From: Eledone cirrhosa
Taxonomy: Eukaryota
DNA length: 64,000 bases
NCBI GenBank assembly: GCA_964016885.1
Contig: OZ024740.1
Coordinates: 181,722,001 to 181,786,000 of the forward strand
Reading direction: 5' to 3'
Shown here: positions 12,521-23,494 of the stretch, piece after piece
How the letters are laid out: each line of letters starts with the position of its first letter
How positions within the stretch are numbered: position 1 is the first letter of the stretch
The notes under the pieces: generated by a model
The model's input: only the letters and a program-made list of their open reading frames with translations
What the model was told of the DNA's origin: nothing
Database searches by the model: none
Made by a program: the position numbers and the translations under genes

Positions 12521-13676
12521 TCCTTCTGCTAGAAGTTGCAACCAGACCAATCGAAACACTATTTCCTTGGTGATATTAGATGAGTTTCACACAACTCAGT
12601 GTACAAAAGAAGTCTGGGGTATTCTTGATACATTCCTTTTTCTTTTTTTGAATAGCTTTAATTTCAGGTTACATCATCATCATCATCATCATCGTCTTTC
12701 ACATTTCTGAAATATAATTTTATGTTTTTCATTGAGCAAATAAATGGCATTTAGTAAATACACCTTGTGTCACACTAGTTTGCTCTGGTGCACAATTTGG
12801 AAAACCTAACTTTAAAGAGTTAATGTAAGATAGTCCAATAAGTTCATTTTATTTTAAACTTATTAATCTTGAGAAAGTTGAAAACACTAGAAACCCTAAT
12901 TTCCCCTTCCCTGTAAATAGCCATTGTACCTATATAAGAAATCAATATTAATACCATTGTTGAAACATAAAGAATATATGATACAAAATATTTATACATA
13001 TATTTGATTTGTATCTGCTACATTTTGTAGAAATATTTTCTGTATATAAATCAACTGTGACTTCCTATCATTATGAATTAATATTCTACAAGATTCCACG
13101 GCTACTAAATCTCCAACAACTTACCACCATCTTACCTTTTATTAATTCTACATTCTTTCCACTATCTCCCACTTCATTTTTTCTTTTCTTTGTAAATAAC
13201 TATAAATATGTTAACAAAAATTGAGGTTTCTTTTTTCTTTTGTTTATATTTTCAATTCTCCAAAACGGATATATTCTAATTTTCCTAAATATTTGTGCAA
13301 AATAATGCATTGGGAAGAATAGGTTCAAATAATTATATTATTACTAATTTATACATTGAAATGTGGTGGAAATGATTTGATGTAACATACGCAATTTAGA
13401 AATGTATGCATAATAAGGCACATAAATGATCTTTTACAATGATATTGATTATTATTGAGAAGTAGATCAGAATTTCCTCATACTGGTTTGAATAAAAATG
13501 AAAATTTTGACCCAAAGAGAAATCCCTTGAGAAAACTGCAGGACCTTACACACACACATATGAACCTAATATTGCTGTGTAATTTTGCCTCCTGTATTTT
13601 GTTTTGTTTCGTTTATTAACTACTATATATATATATATATATATATGGAAAGTTATATTTAAATTGTTTATTTAAT

Positions 13677-13746
<70 letters not shown>

Positions 13747-13854
13747 AATATTTCGTATCTCCAAAGAAATACAGTTTTAGGAAGCCGTAGCTATACAAAC
13801 ACCGGGGGAGGGACTAACGCTCTCTGGTGATGTCCAGCAGAAGCAAGGGGGACA

Positions 13855-13898
13855 ACCGTCTATGCATTTCAGGCTTAACTGGCCGACATCAGGACGGT
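13855..13898 (-). ncRNA. Type I hammerhead ribozyme motif, copy 1
   Basis: accgtc-CTGATGT-cggc/cagttaa/gcct-GAAA-tgc-ATA-gacggt (A9 mutated). Confidence 0.7.
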
Positions 13899-14205
13899 CC
13901 CTCCCACCGATTGCGACTGCTGGACTAGAAGACGGCAGAGAATATATACTTTTCTCGTCTGTGTAAATGAGGTGATTAATCTCATTTACATATGAAGCTG
14001 CATAAGTTGGCTCAGCTTATAATAACAAAGAAATAGGATTTCGCTTCAAGCATAGCTTTATACAATATGTATAAATATTTCGTATCTTCAAAGAAATACA
14101 GGTTTAGGAAGCCGTAGTTATGCAAGCATCACCTCATTTACACAGACGAGAAAAGTATATATTCTCAGCTGTCTCCTAGTCCAGCAGTCGCAACCGGTGG
14201 GTGGG

Positions 14206-14249
14206 ACCGTCCTTACAAAGGCCAGTTAAGCCTGAAATGCATAGACGGT
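14206..14249 (+). ncRNA. Type I hammerhead ribozyme motif, copy 2 (core mutated)
   Basis: accgtc-CTTACAA-aggc/cagttaa/gcct-GAAA-tgc-ATA-gacggt. Confidence 0.6.
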
Positions 14250-14527
14250 TGTTCCCCTGGCTTCTGCTGGACAACACCAGAGGGCGTTGCCCCCGGTGTT
14301 TGCATAGCTACGGCTTCCTAAAACTGTGTTTCTTTGGAGATACAAAATATTTATACATATTGTATAAAGCTATGGTTGAATCGAAATCCTATTTCTTTTT
14401 TATTATAAACTGAGCCAACTTATGCAGCTTCATATGCAAATGAGATTATTCACCTCATTTACACAGACGAGAAATGTATATATTCTCAGCTGTCTTCTAA
14501 TCCACCAGTCTCAAGCGGTGGGAGGGA

Positions 14528-14560
14528 CCGTCCTGACGAAGGCCTGAAATGCATAGACGG
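14528..14560 (+). ncRNA. Type I hammerhead ribozyme motif, copy 3 (intact core, stem II shortened)
   Basis: ccgtc-CTGACGA-aggcct-GAAA-tgc-ATA-gacgg. Confidence 0.75.
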
Positions 14561-14711
14561 ATGCCGCCTTGTTTCTGCTGGACATCACCAGAGGGCGTTA
14601 GCCCCCCGGTGTTTGCATAGCTACGGCTTCTTAAAACTGTATTTCTTTCGAGATACGAAGTATTTATACATATTGTATAAAGCTATGCTTGGAGCGAAAT
14701 CCTATTTATTT

Positions 14712-14743
<32 letters not shown>

Positions 14744-14744
<1 letters not shown>

Positions 14745-15085
14745 CATTTCATTCATCATTTCATTTTACGGCCGCTTTTTCCCTGCTTGCAAGGGTGGGA
14801 CGGAAACTGATTCTGGCTTGATTTCTACAGCTGGATGCTTTTCCTAACACCAACCTCATTTACAGTGAGTGCTGGGTGCTTTTATGCGTGGCACCTTCAC
14901 GACCACATTTACAGTGGAATGATAGGGACCTCAGTCCCTATCATCTCATTTCTACAGCTGAGTAAACTGGAGCAATGTGAAATAAAGTGTCTTGCTCAAG
15001 GAAACAACACATCACCCGGTCTGAGAATTGAACTCACAACCTTTCGATTGCAAGGCCAATGCTCTAACCACTAAGCCATGTGCCT

Positions 15086-15088
<3 letters not shown>
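14744..15088 (-). mobile_element. tRNA-derived SINE (head at 15088) joined to an RTE-type 3' tail
   Basis: Minus strand: A box tggcttagtgg, B box gagttcaattc, ccttgagcaagacactttatttcacattgctccag core; 14744-14895 matches the tail at 16745-16918. Confidence 0.72.
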
Positions 15089-15174
<86 letters not shown>

Positions 15175-15246
15175 TGTGTGTGGGTGGGTGTGTGTGTGTG
15201 TGCGTGTGTGTGTGTGTGTAAGTGTGTGTGTGCGTGTGTTTGTGTG
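15089..15246. repeat. (TA)n + (TG)n compound microsatellite
   Basis: Read directly from the sequence. Confidence 0.97.
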
Positions 15247-16914
15247 TACGACAACTACAAGAGAGAAGTACCTAGCTAAAGGTAAACCCCTCTACTTAGC
15301 TTTTTTAGACCTGGAGAAAGCCTTTGACAGAGTCCTCCGCTCCATTATCTAGTGGGCTCTTAGAAAACTAGATGTAGATGAATGGCTTGTGAGACCTAAA
15401 CAAGATATGTATAATGAAACAGTCAGTAACGTTAGTATTGACAATGAATATTGTGAAGAATTTAGTGTAAAATTGTGTGTTCACCAAGGCTCTGTCCTTA
15501 GCCCCCTCCTATTTAGTATTGCCCTTCAGGCTATAACAGAGGAGTTCAAGACCGGCTGCCCGTGGAAACTCCTCTACGCAGATGATCTAACGCTCATAGC
15601 TGATTCAATGGCTGAACTAGAAATGAAATTCCAAACATGGAAGCATGGCCTAGAATCAAAAGGCACTAAAGTCCTAGTTTGTAGAAAGGAAAATAAGGCA
15701 CAGGTACCCTCAGGGAAATGGCCTTGCTCAGTGTGTAGGAAAGGAGTAGGCAGAAATTCAATTGTATGTCCCAAATGCAAAGTATGGGTACGTAAAAATG
15801 TAATGGCATCACAGGTAAACTATATAAGAACGTAGACTTTATATATGGCCGATGCTCAGGTGCAATAGGTAGCAAGTGTCCACAGGATACTAGCCCCTTC
15901 TATTGCCCAGATGGTTCTATAGAAATAGTAGATACTTTCCGTTACCTGGGTGACGAAATCAGCAGTGGTGGAGGGTGTTCTGAAAGTACAGTAGCTAGAG
16001 TCAGAACGGGATGGAAAAAGTTCACAGAGCTTATACCGCTGTTGGCCACAAAAGGTTTCTCTCTAAAAATGAAAGGCAGATTGTATTATCCTTGTATATG
16101 AACAGCAATGCTACATGGCAGTGAGACAGAGCACCTGCGTAGAATGGAAAGGAACGAAGCATGCATGCTCCGTTGGATGTGTAATAGTAATATACGTGAA
16201 CGGCAAAGCATAAATGAACTAAATGAGAAATTAGGAATAAGACGGATCAGATGCTGTTTACTCGAGAGAAGACTACGTTGGTATGGCCACGTGATGCGCA
16301 TGAAAGACGACAGCTGTATAAAAAAGTGCAGGGCGATCAAAATTGATGGTAGTTACGGAGTAGGTAGACCCAGAAAAACCTGGGACGATCTGATAAATTC
16401 CGACCTTACACACTTGCACCTCTCTAAGACAATGTCACTGGACCGAGATCTTTGATGCTACGCAGTAATACAGAAGACCCGCCTTGCCTATGTACAAAGT
16501 GAAACCTACAGTCAGTAGGCACCTCTTAACCAAATATACACCCCAATCCACTACTCCTACCCTATCCTCCCACTCCCACCAACATCACCCTCACTCTATA
16601 AAGTTGGTACCGCAACATGCAGTCCAAATAAATGAGATAAATGAGATCGAGATCGAGATCGTGTAGGTGTCACGAGAAAAAAAAACACAGTCCACGCTGT
16701 AATGTGGTCGTGTAAGTAACATGGTAAAAGGTTCCCAATTCCACACTGAAAATGTGGTTGGTGTTAGGAAAAACATCCAGCCGTAGAAAACCTGCCAGAT
16801 AGTCCTATATGAGTGACACACGGTCACCCGACCAACCTTGCCTCAAGTGGGACAACTCCCGTCTAACCCATGCTAGCGTGGAGAGTGGACGTTAAACGTG
16901 GATGATGATGATGA

Positions 16915-16918
<4 letters not shown>
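15247..16918 (+). mobile_element. 5'-truncated decayed RTE-clade LINE with (GAT)n tail
   Basis: [58 protein letters not shown]; stops and frameshifts; tail ggacgttaaacgtg(gat)n. Confidence 0.9.
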
Positions 16919-16961
<43 letters not shown>

Positions 16962-17206
16962 AATATATTACACAAATAGAAGTGTGTTACACACTGAGAT
17001 GTGTGTAAAGAATTATTACAAGCGAGTTTTACCGTTACTGTATAGAGAACAATATCTACATGTTTAGCAATTAAATAGAAAAAAACTAAGTCAGAATCAA
17101 ATCACTAAATTAGAGTTTTAAATTACCAACCTTATAACTATAAGTTTGCTGATACGAATCTCGTTCGTTTCACCACCGACATGTGCAGTATAACAGTTCA
17201 CAGGGT

Positions 17207-17255
<49 letters not shown>

Positions 17256-17262
17256 ACATACA

Positions 17263-17716
17263 TATACGTGTTTTGCAACTGGTCACTTTTTGGCTCAATG
17301 AAAAATTAATAAATTAAACAATCAGAGCTATATATCATAAAACATGTCTATAGGATCACAAGATAAAATATATACTATTTCCTCTCCCAATTAGCATAAT
17401 TAACTATATAAAACCTAAATCTGCTTAGTTGACTGTATCTAGGCGATTACGCTGTCGAAATATTCGATAAATATTCCACTACGGCCGACGCGAAGCGCTA
17501 GTTTTGATTATTTGTTGGAGATTCCTTCATAGAAGCCTCATTCGTATAGCCTGGTCTATTCGATTTTTTATATAGTTAATTATGCTAATTGGGAGAGGAA
17601 ATAGTATATATTTTATCTTGTGATTCTATAGACATGTTTTATGATATATAGCTCTGATTGTTTAATTTATTAATTTTTCATTGAGCCAAAAAGTGACCAG
17701 TTGCAAAACACGTATA
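17263..17716. repeat. 151-bp inverted repeat (17263-17413 / 17566-17716) around a 150-bp copy of 18076-18228, within (TA)n
   Basis: One mismatch seen between the arms; the spacer is a near-identical direct copy of downstream sequence. Confidence 0.9.
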
Positions 17717-17952
17717 GGTATGTGTATGTATATATATATATATATGTAAACTTTTATATGTAATAATCTCCCACTAGGTTGAGATACAAATTTGGCTGTA
17801 TTGTGCTGTGCTTTCTAGCAAAAATGCCACCAGTCGTAAGCAACTACCACACCCATTCCAACTTGACCGCGACTACGTCACGATATTTAGCCATTTTGAA
17901 ATGAATTCTTGGCGCGATCGTTTTGGAAAATTTAATGTCTATATATGAGCGA

Positions 17953-18040
17953 GCTTCCTGAAGAATCCGGCGCTCGAGTTTATATAATTATTACATAATT
18001 ATTGGATAACTCAAAACAGGGACGAAACCATGGTAGAGGT
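17953..18040 (+). ncRNA. Type I hammerhead motif with long stem II
   Basis: gcttc-CTGAAGA(17958-64)-atcc...ggac-GAAA(18024-27)-ccatg-GTA-gaggt; palindromic stem III accatggt; nested hairpin gagtt/aactc. Confidence 0.68.
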
Positions 18041-18483
18041 ATTTAAGTGTATTCTATTTTCTCCTAGTTTATTTTAAACCTAATTCTGGTTAGTTAACTG
18101 TATCTAGGCGATTACGCTGTCGAAATATTCGCTAAATATTCCACTACGGCCGACGAGAAGCGCTAGTTTTGGTTATTTGTTGGAGATTCCTTCATAGAAG
18201 CCTAATTCGTATAGCCTGGTCTATTCGAAATAGACTTCCCTGATGACGAAAGGCTTCTCCGTGCATCCTTCGGATAGTACGTTTAATCCCTTTCAGTAAC
18301 TAATTAGTTGGGAGTGAAATTTAAGTAAGTATGTTAATTTTATAATTTTCTTATTTTACGTCTCTCATATTATTGTTCTGCAACCCCATGCATTGAACCA
18401 CATAGTTACTAAGACAAAACCTATATATTTGCTAACATAAGTATGCATCTGTGTATATATATGTTACTAGATATACTAATTCT

Positions 18484-18534
<51 letters not shown>

Positions 18535-18586
18535 CAGATTAAATTTTAAGTATAGAATCGCTTCTTCAAATTTATTATTATTACTA

Positions 18587-19317
18587 TAACCGCCTTCTCA
18601 GTTTGTATGGCCTTTATAACCTATGTTTATTGCTCTGGTCTCTTTTGGTCCATGGAGCGCTTGCCAGCATGACTCCGAAATTGCGTTTCGCTTATTTCTA
18701 CCCGCCGAAATACGATTCTCGCTAAATTTATATTTGTATTTCTCCCAAGTCTTACAATTAACCAGATAATTTTTTTAGATAATTCTATTGACTGATTAAT
18801 TGCAGAAGTTTATTTGAAAAACTACCTGGTCGAGAGCTTAATTCGATTTGTACTATTTTTCCAATTTTTGCATACTTAATTTATTTGCCAAAATCTGGGG
18901 TTTCTCCCCTCTGAGTTACACATGTGCTTTCACTACTATAAAACACTATGTGATCCATATCGCTGGCGCAGAACAAAATACCTGTTGAGAACGTGATAGC
19001 ATTGTTCGATCAAAATACCAAAAGCTTAATATTTTAAGCAGACAGTATTATTGATTTAGGTGTCGCAGAAACCCTGTACTGGATTATGCCATCATTTCCA
19101 AGGGTCCAGGTGAATATTTCTTTTTTTTTTTTTACCCCTTTAGCTTGCCTCGTTTTCTTTTTTGGCTTAGGTGGTTGATAGCTTCTTAACCGCCTTCTCA
19201 GTTTGTATGGCCTATATAACATATGTTTATAAACTTGGAGTGCTTGTCAGCATGACTCGGAAATTGCGTTTCGCTTATTTCTACCCGCCGAAATACGATT
19301 CTTGCTGAATTTATATT

Positions 19318-19322
<5 letters not shown>
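18587..19322. repeat. ~140-bp direct repeats about 600 bp apart (18587-18737, 19187-19321) between (TA)n tracts
   Basis: taaccgccttctcagtttgtatggcc...ttctacccgccgaaatacgattct..gctaaatttatatttgta occurs twice. Confidence 0.85.
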
Positions 19323-19350
<28 letters not shown>

Positions 19351-19352
19351 AT

Positions 19353-20004
19353 CATTATCATCATCATCATCATCAATTAAACATCTATTTTCCATGCTAC
19401 CATAGGTTAGATGGGGTTGTCCCAATTAGAGGCAAGTTGGGAAGGGTGACTGTGTCATGCTCATATGCGGGAGTTTCTGGCTGGTTTTATACGGATGGAT
19501 GCCCTTTCTAACACCAACCACATTGACAGTGTGTGCAGGGTACCTTTTGTGGTGACACCTACACGATCACTTTACAGTGTGGGCTGGGTGTTCTTTGTTG
19601 TGTCACCGACACAACAAAGTGGGGACTAGGGAGGGTAGAGGTCCTTGCGGGAAAGAAGATGTGGACAGGGTAGTACAGGAGTTGTGTTTACCGCTAAGGG
19701 AGGTGGATGAGAGGGGATAGCAGGCTGAAGAAGGTGTTGCCTACTAGGTATAAGCTTCATCCCCAGAACAATAGAGGGTGGGTCTTCCATAAAAAGCATA
19801 GCGCCAGAGGTCGTGGTCTGGAGTCATTGCCTTTGAGAAGTGTAATTGTGCAAGGTCAGCTTTCACTACGTCATCCCAAGTCTTCCTAGGCCTGCTCTCA
19901 CCACGTTTTCCAAGGTTTCCATCGACTCTGAGCACTCTGCACCTTATTATACAGCTGTCATCCTTCATACTCACCACATGTCCGCAGTTTGAATAAACCA
20001 GCAT
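19353..20004 (-). mobile_element. 3' fragment of RTE LINE with (GAT)n tail
   Basis: GHVVSMKDDSCIIRCRVLRVDG..RPRKTWDDVVKADL is homologous to 16108..16455; (cat)n on the plus strand at 19353-19373. Confidence 0.85.
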
Positions 20005-20329
20005 TTATGAATATTTGAATTAACTATCAATAACTTTAAAATAAATTTGACTTATTTCTTAAGTTAATCATTTTTGTTTTATGTATATAAAAAAAAAACT
20101 AAATTTAATAGATATATGTGTACAAATACACATAGCCTCCCTCATACATACACATACACATATATGCATCTGCTGTATATACTCGAATATAAATGAATCC
20201 AAATATATATATATCCCTTATTTTATGTCTGAGAAATAGGCAAAGATTGAAGCATATATTAATAAAGTTTCATTTTGATATTTGAAATGTTTTAAGAGTC
20301 ATATAGAGTATAATGTGTGTTTTAGACAC

Positions 20330-22914
20330 CCCAGGACACCATCGACCCACAGGCAGTTTTCAGTTATAATAGACCAGTAGCAACTAAGGAGACAGGTAAC
20401 TATTGTATAGATAGTAAGAACAAGAGGCATCGGACCAGAAAAATCCTGTGGTATAACCCCCCTTACTCCACTGGCCTGACCACTAGTATAGCCAAGCTTT
20501 TCTTTAGGGCCTTAGAGAAATGCTTCCCTAGATCACACAGATACTATAAAATATTCAATATGAATACCACCAAGCTGTCATACTCCATAACCAGTAACAT
20601 AGCTCAGAATATAGCTAAGATGAATTATAGTAGACTTAGGACAGCCCAAGGGGGGATGAGACATGGCAGAACTTATGGCAGCTCTATGGATGAACGGACT
20701 CATACACGTGAGGCGAGTCGGGTCACCCCAACTCCTGGCAACTTACCCATAGAGTAGACAAGAACTGAGACCCGAACCCAGAGGTACCGTCGTTCCTCTG
20801 GAACTACCCAGGTCGATAACAGAAAATGTTATTGCAGGAACACCGCCACTTGCCCCATGGCCGGGAAATGCCTCACCAAAAACATAGTCTACGACTGTAA
20901 GGTCTCCACGTTAGATAGAATCGTCAGGTATCATGGGGCAACTGCCACTGAATTTAAGGGTAGATGGTATAATCACCGCCATAGCTTTAATAGATTAGAT
21001 TAAAAAAATAGCACGGCGCTTTCTGAATTAGTCTGGAAGCTTAAACAACAGAATATAGAGCACTCCTTATAATGGTCCATAATTTGCTCAGCCCAGCCAT
21101 ATATCGGTAGCACTGGCGTCTGTAATTTATGTATAGCTGGAACCTTTAATATCTGAAACTATTAATAGAGGCGGCCCCCTATTAATCAAGCGGATTTTTT
21201 CAGCAACTGCCCACATAGAACCTCGAAAACCTTCCGCAGGATATTTGGAAAGTAACCTACCACTAACTCCTCCCTCTCTACCTTAGCCATAGAGTTCTCT
21301 CAATTAGCAAAAAAACAGACAATCACACACTCAGGTAGTTAGACAGCTAAGATCGTTTGCGCACTTACAAACGGTACTCGGCCTGTTTCCACAGAGTTCT
21401 CACAGCTGTGTGCACATTAGAATACCTAATTAGTAAATAGTTAGAATGATTACATACTCAGGTAAGACCGATTACGCGCATTCACCATTACTTTAGGATA
21501 CCATAACCATTGAGTTCTCCCGGTTAGGATATAGCTAGGCGTATTACACACTCAGTTAAGACCGATTAGGCTCTCTATACATAACTCTATACACAGTACC
21601 CGGTTTCTTTAGACACTGAGTTCCCACAGTTATGACTGTTCACGTTCCTATCGATTGAACACTACACTAGGTTTTGATCCGTGATCAGCTAACCATGGAG
21701 TGCTCACGGTTACAGATTGGACAATAATACTTACACACCATTAATGGGCCTACACACATCCTCTGGGTTTTGCTATTCTTTGTTATTTTTTATTTTTATT
21801 TTTATTTCTGGGTTGGATAACACACCTCCACCACTCAAACACCTATCTTAAAAGCCCATATTACGGGAAATCGCACATACAGACACCTAAACCGAAATAC
21901 CCAACCCTACACAGAGCCCCTTGGTGGCTACATAGCGGTTGCTTGCACGCACAGATTCTCAATGGGACACCGGCACATACTGAGTTCGATATGAGCTGAC
22001 TACTTGCTCTTCACATGGATGTGTATATACCTAAACATACACCTTTTTGGACGATACGGATGTGTATATACATAACATACACTATTTGGAGATACGGATG
22101 TTACAATTCAATCTATATACCTATAGCAGAACATTGAACTGAACTTACTTGCGTGTGTATAGGGTTGCGGCTGACCCAATTTTTCCAATTTACATCGTCA
22201 AATTGAGGTTTGACCAATATAACATTTGTTGTTTTGTAAACTAACTTTCGGTGAATACTATGTTGGTATATTTGTATTTTTTCTTTGACTTCGCGTCGGT
22301 GTGTGTTCGTGTGTGTGTACTCACTCACACTAACTGTGACCCTCTATAATTCTACAGATTTGATGCTATGTTGGTATATGTATATATTTTTTCTGTGACC
22401 TCGCGTCGGTGTGTGTGAGTGTGTGTGCACCCATCATTAACTGTGACCGACTGTATTTTACAGATTTGACTGATGTCCAGCGTCTTTTACAGCTATTGGG
22501 AGATAGAGACTTGATAGTTTTATGACCCTAACTGAACACGATAGCAGTCGCCGTTTTTTGACTGCTTGATCTTCATATGAGGGACTAAACTCTGTGAGTG
22601 AACATCGTTAATTTTCTCCCTCATATCAAGGATTTGAAGACAATTCATTTTCACCTGACGAGATCAGTGATAAGCGATCATGACTACACGATCGATCTAT
22701 CTCTTATTGAAACATGTGTCGTGATTAAAATGATTGGAAATGTATACCATGCATTCGGATCTTTATTTTGAAACAAATATTCCGTTTTACATCATCTAGC
22801 TGTTCCCATAAATGGAATTGGAGATATACAAAAGCGTGGAGAACTTAATATTGCTAACAAAAATGTATTGGACCGTTTGATACAACCAATAATTCACCTT
22901 ACTATATAACAACT
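20330..22914 (+). mobile_element. Decayed 5'-truncated PLE (CxCx5C type, Hydra-clade-like) with ~1.65-kb 3' UTR
   Basis: RTRKILWYNPPYS, CFPRSHRYYKIFN, CYCRNTATCPMAGKC, IVYDCKV..YHGAT..FKGRWYNH, CNLC; in-frame stops; ends in (TA)n; HHR near the end. Confidence 0.85.
22641..22737 (+). ncRNA. Type I hammerhead motif in PLE 3' UTR
   Basis: Stem I tcac/gtga extended by catttt/aaaatg; CTGACGA 22655-61; GAAA 22709-12; stem III with palindrome acatgt; GTC 22718-20. Confidence 0.72.
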
Positions 22915-23179
22915 ATATATATATATGTATATATATTTAGGTTTGTTGGTTCACCACTAGATAGAACTGGTTATTCCGTATAGTCAATCTCGATGTAATG
23001 TTATGGCGAGCACTCAAGGTAATGCAACTCACCTGTCTTCGTTTGTGTAGTCGGTGGTGCGAGTACGGAGTTAATTATTATAAAATAACAGGAGGCTGGA
23101 CAGGTGTACTTCCTTGAAAGGTTTATTATACTATAATCATTTCAATGACCGGGTTCTGTATGAATCCGGTGACATCATC

Positions 23180-23388
23180 AGGTATTTGAAATATAACAAA
23201 GGAATACAATAGGCAAAATGCATGGGGCTGAAAAATCAGAGACATGAGGGCGACCGAACATTCAGCATCTTCTACCCTGGAGGCCAACCAGGGTAGAAGA
23301 TGCTGAATGTTCGGTCGCCCTCATGTCTCTGATTTTTCAGCCCCATGGATTTTGTATATTGTATTCCTTTGTTATATTTCAAATACCT
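23180..23388. repeat. 101-bp-arm fold-back palindrome with 7-nt loop, ending in (TA)n
   Basis: 23180-23280 is the reverse complement of 23288-23388 (3 mismatches); loop aggccaa. Confidence 0.95.
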
Positions 23389-23494
23389 TATATATATATA
23401 ACCAAAAGTTTATATTTGTCGTTGATTGTTCAAAGAATTCACTTTTAAAATAGATTAGAAGCACTCGACAAATATGTATCTGTAGTATCTATAA

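Larger units (their letters stand above)
13743..14716. repeat. ~321-327-bp non-coding HHR-containing unit in tandem + inverted array (retrozyme-like / PLE pLTR-like), flanked by (TA)n
   Basis: About 1.2 units on minus (13743-14128), then about 1.8 units on plus (14130-14716); three HHR motifs. Confidence 0.88.

Noticed and set aside
15012-15352. ORFs with [12 protein letters not shown] runs (also poly-K/L/I ORFs at 53-58.8 kb)
   Set aside because: Translations of microsatellites.
18240-18256. CTGATGA-C-GAAA as a hammerhead
   Set aside because: No room for stem II and no supporting stems I or III.
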